DNA of 64,000 bases, taken from assembly GCA_052168235.1 (NCBI GenBank), contig JBQLZK010000007.1, positions 97,833 through 161,832 of the forward strand, given 5' to 3'. This document shows, in pieces, positions 52,043 through 61,376 of this stretch. The stretch is from Thainema sp. (GTDB lineage Bacteria > Cyanobacteriota > Cyanobacteriia > Phormidesmidales > Phormidesmidaceae). Within the stretch, counting starts at the first letter, position 1, and each line of letters opens with the position of its first letter. The position numbers and the translations under genes were made by a program. The notes under the pieces were generated by a model, which saw only the letters and a program-made list of their open reading frames with translations, searched no databases and was not told the DNA's origin.

Positions 52043-53899
52043 GTGACACATCATCGACTAGTTACTCGACTGCGCTATCTAGGATTGGCTTTTATTGCCG
52101 CCAGTTTGACGCTCTTTGCTGCATCACCGTTGCCTGCACAGCAAGCACCTGAGCCGGTGATTGAGGTGGGTGTGGTGCAGCGGTTTGGCGAAGCGGCTGA
52201 CGATGAGATGACGCTGAATGCGCTGAATGGCGATCGCTTGACCGTTCAGTTTGAAACGGGTGGGCAAACGGAGACGATTACCGCCAATCAAATCAAGATT
52301 GTCGTCGGTCAGCAGGCATTGGACGCGCCTCGAATTCAGGAGCGGGTGGTGCTGAGTACGCACCGCAGTTTTGAGAGCGCTGAGGACAGCGCCAACCAGT
52401 GGAAACAGCGGGGGATTGAGACGGAACTGGCTCAGCCCAATAGCTGGCAGGTGTGGGCCAAGCGAGATGTATACAGCACGCCGCTACTGCGTCGCTTGTT
52501 GCTGAAGAATTTAACTAAACAGGGCTACGGTGACGCGGTTTTTCTGGACACCAAGGTTGAACCTGCGATTCCCAGAACGGCGTTCGTTGCCAATGGCTAT
52601 CGTTACAACCGCGACGTGTTCAACATCACCTCCGGCTATCAGCGGATTCAGGTGCAGACGAAGGATGAGACGAGGCTCTATGCTGGCAGCTTGAGAGTTC
52701 AGCCCAATGCCTACGGGACGTATACGCTGGTCAACTTTGTGCCAATTGAGTCCTACCTGCGCGGCGTAGTGCCCCATGAAATCGGTCTAGGTGCGCCGAT
52801 GCCAACTAAGGAAGCCCAGGCAATTCTGGCCCGCACCTACGCATTGAGAAATCTGCGCCGATTTGAAATTGATGGCTATGAACTCTGTGCCGATACCCAG
52901 TGCCAAGTTTACAGCGGTTTAGGTGGAACAGCCGAGAGTACCGATCGCGCGATCGCAAATACGCGTGGTCTAGTCCTAACCTACGACAACGAACTCGTGG
53001 ATGCGCTGTATTCGTCTACCACTGGTGGCGTGACAGCTCGATTTACCGACGTGTGGAATGGGGCCGATCGGCCTTACCTGCAAGCGGTGGTGGATTCGGT
53101 GCAGGGCGTGTGGGATCTCTCTCAGCGCAGCTTAGCCTCGGAGGAAAATTTCCGCGCCTTTATTCAGCAGGAACAGGGTTTTAACGAAGAAGAATGGGAC
53201 ATGTTCCGCTGGCGCTATGAGGGAACGCTGGAAGAAATTGCTGGCGGACTGCGTCAATATTTAGGACGGCAGCAGCACCCATTGGCCAACTTTAGCCAAA
53301 TCATTCAAATGCAGGTCGCAGAACGAGCACCCGCTGGCCGAGTGCAAAAAGTGGATATCCAGACCGACATGGGCACAGTTACGCTGGAGAAAGACGAAAT
53401 TATTCGCGCTCTGTATCCGCCCCGCAGCTTGCTGTTCTACATGGAGCCCATGTATGAACCTGCTCCGCAGCCTGCACCTGCAAATACACCATCTGCAACA
53501 CCGTCGGGAGCAACAGTTGATCCAGCGAACGTTATCAGTCCAATTCCAACTCCTTCGTCTGTTCTGAAAGGCTATGCCTTTATTGGTGGCGGTCTAGGTC
53601 ACGGCGTCGGCATGAGCCAAACCGGAGCCTATCGGCTGGGTGACCTTGGTTGGACATATGAGCGGATTCTCCAGTTCTACTATCCCAATACGACGCTGCA
53701 ACCGATCAGCGATGCGATCGTATTCTGGCGCGAACCTTCGCTAACAGAAGCTAATACTGAATCATCTGGTGCAACGGACAATGTCGTATCAACGAGCAAG
53801 GAAAAACCAGCGTCAAACTCAGCATCGTCTTCTCCTAACGCAGAGAAGGAACAACGGGGCATAACGTTTACGCTACCCAAAGCTGAGAAATCGAAATAA
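52043..53899 (+). CDS. SpoIID/LytB domain protein (lytic-transglycosylase-like)
   Basis: Signal peptide; YLRGVVPHEI, AQAILARTYA, LCADTQCQVY and GHGVGMSQ.GA...IL.FYYP. Confidence 0.9.
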   Translation: MTHHRLVTRLRYLGLAFIAASLTLFAASPLPAQQAPEPVIEVGVVQRFGEAADDEMTLNALNGDRLTVQFETGGQTETITANQIKIVVGQQALDAPRIQERVVLSTHRSFESAEDSANQWKQRGIETELAQPNSWQVWAKRDVYSTPLLRRLLLKNLTKQGYGDAVFLDTKVEPAIPRTAFVANGYRYNRDVFNITSGYQRIQVQTKDETRLYAGSLRVQPNAYGTYTLVNFVPIESYLRGVVPHEIGLGAPMPTKEAQAILARTYALRNLRRFEIDGYELCADTQCQVYSGLGGTAESTDRAIANTRGLVLTYDNELVDALYSSTTGGVTARFTDVWNGADRPYLQAVVDSVQGVWDLSQRSLASEENFRAFIQQEQGFNEEEWDMFRWRYEGTLEEIAGGLRQYLGRQQHPLANFSQIIQMQVAERAPAGRVQKVDIQTDMGTVTLEKDEIIRALYPPRSLLFYMEPMYEPAPQPAPANTPSATPSGATVDPANVISPIPTPSSVLKGYAFIGGGLGHGVGMSQTGAYRLGDLGWTYERILQFYYPNTTLQPISDAIVFWREPSLTEANTESSGATDNVVSTSKEKPASNSASSSPNAEKEQRGITFTLPKAEKSK

Positions 53900-54028
53900 A
53901 TCTGCAATCAACCCTCTACCTTGCGCCCTCGCTCCCGTTTTCCTTACATTGCGTTTTGCCAAAAAATTCCTGTGGGAGCAATCGCGATGCCATGATGAGG
54001 ATTAGTTCGCTGAATCTATACATCATCT

Positions 54029-55561
54029 ATGGTTCGCTCACAATCATCGGCTCAGTTCCCGCCCATTCCTGAGCTGATTGAAGGTTTACCGAATATTTGC
54101 GGCTGGGAAACCGAGGTTCAATCGGTTATTTCCCATGCCGATCCGGTATTTTTGCCCACCACAAATTTGGATCTGGGGCAAATTCAGGCAGCATTTGCGA
54201 TCGCACTCCAGATGCATCAGCCCACCATTCCGGCAGAAACCGGAGGCAAGCTGATCAGCAACTTGCAGTACATGTTTGAGCACCCCTACGAAGGGGACAA
54301 CTACAATGCTGGCCCCTTTTCCTACTGCTATGCGCGGATGGCCGATTTTATTCCAGAACTGGTGGGACAGGGCTACAATCCCCGCGCCATGCTGGTCTAT
54401 TCGGGTAATTTGCTCTGGGGACTGCGGCAGATTGGCCGGGGCGAAATTCTGGAAAAGCTAAAGCGAATGACGCAAGACGCCACCTATCAGCCCTATGTGG
54501 AGTGGCTAGGCACGATGTGGAGCCATGCGCTGGTGCCGACGACACCCGTTATGGATCTAGAGCCTCAGATTCGAGCGTGGCAGCATCATTTTGCCGCCGT
54601 GTTTGGCTGGGAGGCCCTGGCGCGAGTGCGCGGTTTTGCGCCGCCGGAACTCAGCTTGCCGACCCACCCAGATCAGCTCTATGCCTTTCTCAACGCGCTG
54701 AAAAACTGCGGCTATCGCTGGCTGATGGTGCAGGTCAGTTCAGTTGAAACGCTGGTGGGAGAACCGATTCAGGATATCCATCTGCCCCACTGTCTAGTGG
54801 CTCGGAATGAAGCAGGAGCCAGCATTAGTCTGCCCGTCTTGCTGACGCCGCGAGGTTCGGACAGCCATAAGTTTGTGGGACAGATGCAGCCCTATCAAGT
54901 GGCCAAGACCCTCTCGCCGCAAGTACAAAACGGCATTTCAATTCCGCCCCTGGTGACGCAGATTGCCGATGGCGAAAACAGCGGCATCATGATGAACGAG
55001 TTTCCGAATGCGTTTCGGCGGGTTTGGCAGGAGTGTGCCCAGAATAATAGCGGCCAGTCAGGCGTAGTCGGGATCAACGGTACTGAGTACTTAGAGCTGC
55101 TGGAGGCCGCTGGCTTCACCAGCGATCACTACCCTACCTGTCAGGCCAAAGGCCACTGCCAAATCTGGCGACAGTTTGACGACCCTGGTTCTCCCACAGA
55201 GTCAATTGCGATCGCAGTTAAACGCATCCAGCAGTCTTCACCCGAATTTCAGCTCGACCCCGTAGCCATACCACCCTTGGGGCAACGGTCTAACGCCCCC
55301 CAGAGTAATGGCGGTGACGACATCGCACCGATCTACCAGCTCAGCCGCCGATTTCACACGCTGATGGATTCCCTGAAAGCTGAAGCCGAAGCCAACTCAA
55401 CCGACGAACCCCTCACCCGTCAATCCCGCTATCGACGAGCCTTACTGCATAACTTACTCCTGCAAACCAGCTGCTTCCGCTACTGGGGACAAGGCATCTG
55501 GACAGAACGAGCAAAAGATATTTATGCGCGGGGGGAGTCGATTTTGCGAACGGATTTTTAG
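54029..55561 (+). CDS. Glycoside hydrolase family 57-like protein
   Basis: MHQP, GF.PPE, DGEN and TSCFRYWG, typical of cyanobacterial GH57-like proteins. Confidence 0.75.
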   Translation: MVRSQSSAQFPPIPELIEGLPNICGWETEVQSVISHADPVFLPTTNLDLGQIQAAFAIALQMHQPTIPAETGGKLISNLQYMFEHPYEGDNYNAGPFSYCYARMADFIPELVGQGYNPRAMLVYSGNLLWGLRQIGRGEILEKLKRMTQDATYQPYVEWLGTMWSHALVPTTPVMDLEPQIRAWQHHFAAVFGWEALARVRGFAPPELSLPTHPDQLYAFLNALKNCGYRWLMVQVSSVETLVGEPIQDIHLPHCLVARNEAGASISLPVLLTPRGSDSHKFVGQMQPYQVAKTLSPQVQNGISIPPLVTQIADGENSGIMMNEFPNAFRRVWQECAQNNSGQSGVVGINGTEYLELLEAAGFTSDHYPTCQAKGHCQIWRQFDDPGSPTESIAIAVKRIQQSSPEFQLDPVAIPPLGQRSNAPQSNGGDDIAPIYQLSRRFHTLMDSLKAEAEANSTDEPLTRQSRYRRALLHNLLLQTSCFRYWGQGIWTERAKDIYARGESILRTDF

Positions 55562-55580
55562 TGGGTGTTGCCTAATCTTG

Positions 55581-55626
55581 GTGTGAATTGTGATGTGGGG
55601 GCGCTGCCCCACATCACAATTCACAC
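55581..55626. repeat. Long palindrome between convergent genes
   Basis: GTGTGAATTGTGATGTGGGG-GCGCTG-CCCCACATCACAATTCACAC, 20-bp arms. Confidence 0.8.
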
Positions 55627-55657
55627 TTGAATTCAAAATTCAACACTCAGCACTCAC

Positions 55658-56251
55658 TCAACCTCGTGGTAACTCCCCCGACCAGTCCTGCTGGCGCTGA
55701 AACTGATAAGCGCCCATCATGGCTCCCCAAAGTCCCTGACCCGTCTCTGGATCAATACCGCGATCGCGGCTGTAAAATTCCTGCGGTGTGGCGGTGAATC
55801 CCAGTTCTACCTGCCGCGTTTGTCCAGCGTACTGAAAGCAGCATCTGGCTTCCGGGGGCATGGTGGCCTCAAATGTCCCGTTATTCTGACGCACGGTTAA
55901 TACACAGCCTGACAAATGTTCAACATCATCTGAGGTGATGGCTGCTAGCCGTTCTGGATTAGTTCCAGCGCCCCGAAACTGGCTGGGGTCACGAAAGGCT
56001 AGGTACTGTACCTGTAGTATTTGAGGATCAGTATCCGGCTTTAAGAGCATCAAGCGCTGGCGATAGGGCTGATCCAAATGCAGCACGTTGGCCTGTTCCG
56101 CGAATAGCGCCATGTGATTGGCGAACCGCTGGGGCAAGGGGCGATGCCACAGCCTTAGATGCACAAACCAAGCGGGTTGATCCAGCGCTTGCGATTGGTT
56201 GCTGAATTCGCCCGCGAGCCATTGAGCCAGAGTCCAAAGGGGTTCCGTCAT
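55658..56251 (-). CDS. cpcT: CpcT/CpeT family phycobiliprotein lyase
   Basis: LAGEFSN..QA...PAWFVH.RLW.RP, EQA, PYRQR, GC and SRDRG.DP.TG...WGA. Confidence 0.85.
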   Translation of the reverse strand: MTEPLWTLAQWLAGEFSNQSQALDQPAWFVHLRLWHRPLPQRFANHMALFAEQANVLHLDQPYRQRLMLLKPDTDPQILQVQYLAFRDPSQFRGAGTNPERLAAITSDDVEHLSGCVLTVRQNNGTFEATMPPEARCCFQYAGQTRQVELGFTATPQEFYSRDRGIDPETGQGLWGAMMGAYQFQRQQDWSGELPRG

Positions 56252-56674
56252 GGGAATATAATCGGCAGAACAAGATAAGCGTGTGAATAATTTGCCTCAG
56301 TGCATCAAGCCTTAATGAATACAATGCACAACGGGGGAAATACGGTAGACCGCAAGTTTACAATAGCAGCGACTACCCAGGTTCGGCATCTCCACACTGA
56401 GCAATCATATATTTGGGGCGCTGCATCCTGATCTCAGGATCGATGCTTGTAAAGATCATAAATATATAGATCATAAATATATAGATTAAATACATGCTGC
56501 ATCAGTGAATCAAGCACAGACACATGGTGCATTATGTCTAACTCCACTGCTCTTGGCCAATCTAACAGAATGTGAGAATCTGGCTTGGAACCATCTGAAC
56601 CGCTTTCTGTGATATGAGCGTTGAGCGTTCTCAATTGCCCTCTAATTGCTCTCCAGCATTCGCGAACAAAGTTT

Positions 56675-57763
56675 ATGGGTCGCAAAAGTCGAAAATTCGT
56701 CTCTTACGAAGACGATAAAATCTCGATTTATGAAACAGAAGATGGGTTGAGAATTCGCCGGAAGCGAGACTGGCGACGGATTCGCCAACCGTTACTAATC
56801 GGTTTACGGGCAGCAGTTTTAGGAGCTGGCGTGGCTGGACTGGTTGGTCTAGGACTGTACACCGTGCAGCTGGTGCAGCTTAAACAGCGATCGCAACCAT
56901 CGGAAGAGTTTCGTCTCGCCGTGAATAAAGCCACCAGTGCAGCCGAATTAACTCAAACGGCTCAGACCAGGCAAGAATGGGAGAAAATCGCAACCTGGTG
57001 GAAGGAAGCCAGTGAGCTGATGGCAGCGGTACCCAATGTGAATAACCAATCTGCGATCGCACATGACAGAGCTATTCAATATGATCAAAACCGCCAGTAC
57101 GCAGCCAAACAAGCCGCCGCAGCCGACTTGGCTACACAGCCGATCAAAAGCCTTTGGCACATTGGCTCTAGCCGGGGACAGATGCTAGGCATTCAAGGCC
57201 CACCCACACGCACGATTACATATGACTCCCAGTGCCGAGAACTGCTCTATTTCAACAACAGTCGGGTCGATGTGCAAAACGGACGGGTTGTAGACTATCA
57301 AGATGTTGATAACAACCTGTTGGTCATCCAGCCTGCCGACTTGCCCAACATCGCGGCCATTCCAGCTGGCTTTTGGAGCTTGGGCTCAACGAAAGAAGCG
57401 GTATTGGCTATTGAAGGAACGCCGAGCCAGTTTATTCGCTACGAAGCTCTTAATCAAGAGCTGCTGTATTACGGTAGTAGTCTAATTGAGTTAAAAAACG
57501 ACATTGTGACTGGCTACAACAATGCTGACAACAACTTAAATGTGGTCGTCATGCCCAGCGGAAGACAACGACCAAAGACCAACGCTTGGACACTGGACTC
57601 AACCCAAGAAGACATTCTGCTGATTCAAGGAACGCCGACTCAAATCGAGCGAGACCCATCCATTTGCCGAGAGCGCTTTTACTACGATAAAAGCATCGTT
57701 GATTTCAACAATGGGAAACTTGCTGGTTATCACAACTATAGTAATAATCTGAGAGTGCAATAG
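56675..57763 (+). CDS. Membrane-anchored protein with three tandem SmpA/BamE-like repeats
   Basis: TM segment and helical region, then three repeats W..(G/D)S.....L.I(Q/E)G.P...E...Y..S......V..Y.....NL; likely ATG at 56675. Confidence 0.55.
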   Translation: MGRKSRKFVSYEDDKISIYETEDGLRIRRKRDWRRIRQPLLIGLRAAVLGAGVAGLVGLGLYTVQLVQLKQRSQPSEEFRLAVNKATSAAELTQTAQTRQEWEKIATWWKEASELMAAVPNVNNQSAIAHDRAIQYDQNRQYAAKQAAAADLATQPIKSLWHIGSSRGQMLGIQGPPTRTITYDSQCRELLYFNNSRVDVQNGRVVDYQDVDNNLLVIQPADLPNIAAIPAGFWSLGSTKEAVLAIEGTPSQFIRYEALNQELLYYGSSLIELKNDIVTGYNNADNNLNVVVMPSGRQRPKTNAWTLDSTQEDILLIQGTPTQIERDPSICRERFYYDKSIVDFNNGKLAGYHNYSNNLRVQ

Positions 57764-57866
57764 GCTTTATTGGTCAACGTATAGACAGGTATGTGAGCTG
57801 CGCTTGCATCCTTATCTATCTGTATGCTTACCCTTTGAACATGCAACTAAACGGATAACAGAACGA

Positions 57867-58784
57867 ATGGCACAACCTCGTAAACGATTTGGCCAGCATT
57901 GGCTGCGCAGCGAAAAGGTGCTGCACCAGATTTTGACCGCCGCAGAGCTGACCGGATCGGATCGGGTGTTAGAAATTGGGCCGGGAACTGGAATTTTGAC
58001 CCGTTGGCTGCTGCCACTGGTGGAATCAGTCGTCGCGATTGAAATTGATCGGGATCTTTGTAAGCGACTGGTGCAAACGTTTCGAGAGGCGCAGAATTTT
58101 CTGCTGCTGCAAGGTGACGTGCTGGAACTGGACTGGGATGCTCAATTGCAGTCTTTCGAAAAGTTCCAATCGCCCAATAAAGTCGTGGCCAATATTCCCT
58201 ACTACATCACTGGCCCGATTTTGGAGCGGCTGTTAGGTACGATTACCAACCCAAATCCAGATCCCTTTAAGACAATCGTGCTGCTGGTACAAAAGGAAGT
58301 GGCAGAGCGGATCTGTGCCAAACCGGGTAACAAAAGTTTTGGCGCGCTATCGGTGCGAGTACAGTATCTTGCCCAAGCTGATTTTATGTGTACCGTACCC
58401 GCTAAAGCCTTTCAGCCGCCGCCGAAGGTGGATTCTGCAGTTGTACGCTTAACGCCCCGATCCTTTCCCACTCCGGTTCACAACCCTCGCCAAATGGAGT
58501 CTCTAGTCAAAATTGGCTTTGCGACGAAGCGAAAAATGCTGCGCAACAATCTCAAGGGCATGTTAGATCGCGATCGCAGTTTAGACCTGTTTGAAAAGCT
58601 AGATATTTCTCCCCAAGCTAGAGCCGAAGATGTCAGTGTGGCACAGTGGGTCAGTTTAAGTAATATGTTGAGTAACGTCACGGATAACGCCGCCAAAAAA
58701 CTGCATAGCTCCGTATCTGGTCACGACATCAACGAGTCAAACCCTGATTCAGTGCCGCAAAATGAACTAGAGATGGAAGAATAA
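57867..58784 (+). CDS. rsmA: 16S rRNA m6,2A1518/1519 dimethyltransferase
   Basis: PRKRFGQHWL, LEIGPGTG, VANIPYYIT, F.PPPKVDS and RKMLRNNL. Confidence 0.95.
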   Translation: MAQPRKRFGQHWLRSEKVLHQILTAAELTGSDRVLEIGPGTGILTRWLLPLVESVVAIEIDRDLCKRLVQTFREAQNFLLLQGDVLELDWDAQLQSFEKFQSPNKVVANIPYYITGPILERLLGTITNPNPDPFKTIVLLVQKEVAERICAKPGNKSFGALSVRVQYLAQADFMCTVPAKAFQPPPKVDSAVVRLTPRSFPTPVHNPRQMESLVKIGFATKRKMLRNNLKGMLDRDRSLDLFEKLDISPQARAEDVSVAQWVSLSNMLSNVTDNAAKKLHSSVSGHDINESNPDSVPQNELEMEE

Positions 58785-58965
58785 GAATCTGTAGCGCTAG
58801 CCGTTTAGGTTGAGACACTTTTTTTAGAAACTTAGGATTTAAATCGTTAGAACGTCGAAACGTTAGAACGTTCCAACATGCCAACGTTTTAGAATTTCCG
58901 AATGTTTCGCTCAGCGTGACGACTGGCTACGGCTGGTATGTACAACTGATGATGCAATCCCACCC

Positions 58966-59910
58966 ATGCGTATTTATTCGCTCTTGGCCTATGCCAAAAT
59001 CAATCTCTACCTAGAAATCATTGGCGATTGTCCCGATGGCTATCACGAGCTGGCAATGGTGATGCAGAGCGTCAGCTTGGCCGATCGAATTAGCCTGCGG
59101 GAGATCAGCGTCGATGACGTGCGGATTCAGTGCGATCATCCCGATGTGCCCACGGATCAGCGCAATTTGGCGTACCGGGTGGTAGAGCTAATGTGGGAGC
59201 AGTTTCCCGAAATGCTGCAGCGACATGGCGGAGTTGAAATCACAATTGAGAAGCAAATTCCGGTTGGAGCAGGGCTAGCGGGGGGGTCAGCCGATGCAGC
59301 AGCGGTGCTGGTGGGTCTTAATCTGCTGTGGAAGCTGGGGCTGACTCATATTGAACTTCAAGAATTGGGGCAGAAACTAGGATCTGATATTCCGTTTTGC
59401 ATTACAGGTGGAACTGCGATCGCAACCGGACGGGGCGAAAAACTGGCCCTACTGGACAATAACAACAATTTACATGTGGTGCTGGCCAAACACCGCAGCA
59501 TTTCAATTTCGACCCCTTGGGCTTATGGCACGTTTCGAGAGCAATTTCGCGACACTTATGTTTCCGCTGCCGATGACTTGGCTGCACGCTGGCACCAAGT
59601 TCACTCTGGCACACTGGTTGCGGCTCTTGGCCACCACAACCCGGCTGAAATTGGTCAGCATCTCTATAACGATTTTGAAAGGATTGTGCTGCCTGCTTAT
59701 CCCCAAGTTGGACAACTGCGAGATACGCTGGCCAAATTGAGTCCCTTGGGAGCGATGATGTCTGGTTCGGGGCCGACCGTATTTGCGCTAGCTAACTCGC
59801 GACAACAGGCTGAGCAGATTCAGCGGCAGGCTCAAGCTGAACTAGCCGATCCAGACATTGATTTTTGGGTAGCCCAGTTTTGCTCGTCCGGCGTGCAGAT
59901 GAGTGATTAG
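58966..59910 (+). CDS. ispE: 4-diphosphocytidyl-2-C-methyl-D-erythritol kinase
   Basis: AKINLYL, IPVGAGLAGGSADAAA, LGSDIPF, NDFE and MSGSGPTVF. Confidence 0.95.
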   Translation: MRIYSLLAYAKINLYLEIIGDCPDGYHELAMVMQSVSLADRISLREISVDDVRIQCDHPDVPTDQRNLAYRVVELMWEQFPEMLQRHGGVEITIEKQIPVGAGLAGGSADAAAVLVGLNLLWKLGLTHIELQELGQKLGSDIPFCITGGTAIATGRGEKLALLDNNNNLHVVLAKHRSISISTPWAYGTFREQFRDTYVSAADDLAARWHQVHSGTLVAALGHHNPAEIGQHLYNDFERIVLPAYPQVGQLRDTLAKLSPLGAMMSGSGPTVFALANSRQQAEQIQRQAQAELADPDIDFWVAQFCSSGVQMSD

Positions 59911-59950
59911 TGCAATAGCAATCAGCTTCGCTCCCCTCAAATCAGCCTTG

Positions 59951-61180
59951 CTAGGTCTGGGATTGGCGGCAAATGCCAAATACTGAGGTGTAACCATGCA
60001 GGAACGTTGTGCCTTCAACGGGGCCGATTTCACCATTGCAGAAAAAGCCACTGAGAGCTGTTGGACCAATGTAGCGATGGAACAGCTGCGAATCAAAGTT
60101 GGGAGCTTCATAGAGCTGTTCACCCCGTCCCATACAGGCAAACATTAAGGCACCCGCAGGCTGAGTGGCAGCATGATTTTGGGTGTATCGCTCAAGCAGC
60201 AGAGCCAAATCTTCCGCTGAGGTTTTTGCATCTCGGAGGTGGAACTGGATGCGCTGCCCAGACCGAATGCGATCGCCAATTGCGATCGCGCCTGCTCGTG
60301 GATCAACCCCCAATAAATTACGAATCAAAAAGTCGCCTTGTTCCAGATTGCGCTTGAAGCTGCTTTGAGCCACGCCAATAAAGAGGGAATTTTGGGCCAG
60401 TGCCCGATCCTCTTCACTCAGTGTCTGAAAGAGTTCTTGCAGCACTTCCAGCGGTGAACGGAGTTGATCGGGATGGTCGGGATCTTCTAATTCCAACAGC
60501 ACATTGCGCTCACCTTTCGCCACCCGATAGGGCTGACCAATGGGACGACAGCCCTGCGCCACAATCGTATCTAGCACCAGATTTCCCGACAGCGCTACCC
60601 CAATCGTCCCTGATTTGTAATAGGTTTGACCGCAAAACAAACCACTGTCCCCCACCATATCCGTACTGGCCAGCCCTCCCACTTTGACAGAACCGGGATA
60701 GGCAAAATCGAGTCCCTGTAGCAAATTACTAATGCCGGACGACATCGGTGCGCCCAACAGAATGAACTGAGGCTGGGATGCAGGCGATACTCCAACCTGA
60801 TCAATCCACGCATCTGGGGGAGAATCTAAATCAGGCAAATTATCTTCGGCAATATGAAACGTCTGCACATCCACCTCTGGCATAGAGGCTAGACAAAGGC
60901 TGAGGGCTGGATTCGTTTCCACCTCTTGAGTTTGACCCGAACAGTCTCTACCAATGATGCCGCCACCGCTGCAGCCAATCAGGACGGGCAGATCGAGCTG
61001 CTCTTGTAACAGCGGCATCAGCCGAGAATATTCACTCGCAAATGCCGTCGAGATAAAAACCAGACCAAAATTTGCTGGTGCCGATAATGCTTGCTGCGTT
61101 CGTTCCACGACTTCCAACACAGCAGCTTCTAGAGACGGACGAGTTGAAAGGGCATTGGCCCACTGCATAGAATCCGGCAC
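59951..61180 (-). CDS. FIST N/C domain protein
   Basis: GCSGGG, GGLAS, QGCRPIG, FHLRD, F.C.GRG and GFFCNGEIGP...LHGYT. Confidence 0.9.
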   Translation of the reverse strand: MPDSMQWANALSTRPSLEAAVLEVVERTQQALSAPANFGLVFISTAFASEYSRLMPLLQEQLDLPVLIGCSGGGIIGRDCSGQTQEVETNPALSLCLASMPEVDVQTFHIAEDNLPDLDSPPDAWIDQVGVSPASQPQFILLGAPMSSGISNLLQGLDFAYPGSVKVGGLASTDMVGDSGLFCGQTYYKSGTIGVALSGNLVLDTIVAQGCRPIGQPYRVAKGERNVLLELEDPDHPDQLRSPLEVLQELFQTLSEEDRALAQNSLFIGVAQSSFKRNLEQGDFLIRNLLGVDPRAGAIAIGDRIRSGQRIQFHLRDAKTSAEDLALLLERYTQNHAATQPAGALMFACMGRGEQLYEAPNFDSQLFHRYIGPTALSGFFCNGEIGPVEGTTFLHGYTSVFGICRQSQT

Positions 61181-61253
61181 GGTGCCACCTTTGGATCAAT
61201 TACGGTCTATCTCTTCAGTCGTGCCTCCCTCGACTGATTTTGTCATTAGTTTA

Positions 61254-61305
61254 GAATAAGGCATTCCGTAGTGAAGCGGTAGCGGAACGGAGGGATGCCT
61301 TATTC
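61254..61305. other. Hairpin containing the predicted recombination site ATAAGGCA-TT-CCGTA (61256-61270)
   Basis: Perfect 11-bp arms GAATAAGGCAT / ATGCCTTATTC; the site matches both guide segments of the upstream non-coding RNA. Confidence 0.65.
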
Positions 61306-61317
61306 GCGCGCGCGAAA

Positions 61318-61350
61318 ATCCCCCCACCAGCGCGGGGCCAGCGGGGGGAT
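61318..61350 (-). terminator. GC-rich hairpin downstream of the IS110 gene, terminator-like
   Basis: Minus strand ATCCCCCC...GGGGGGAT followed by a short T run. Confidence 0.45.
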
Positions 61351-61376
61351 GATGCTTGAATTATTGAAACTCTGTT

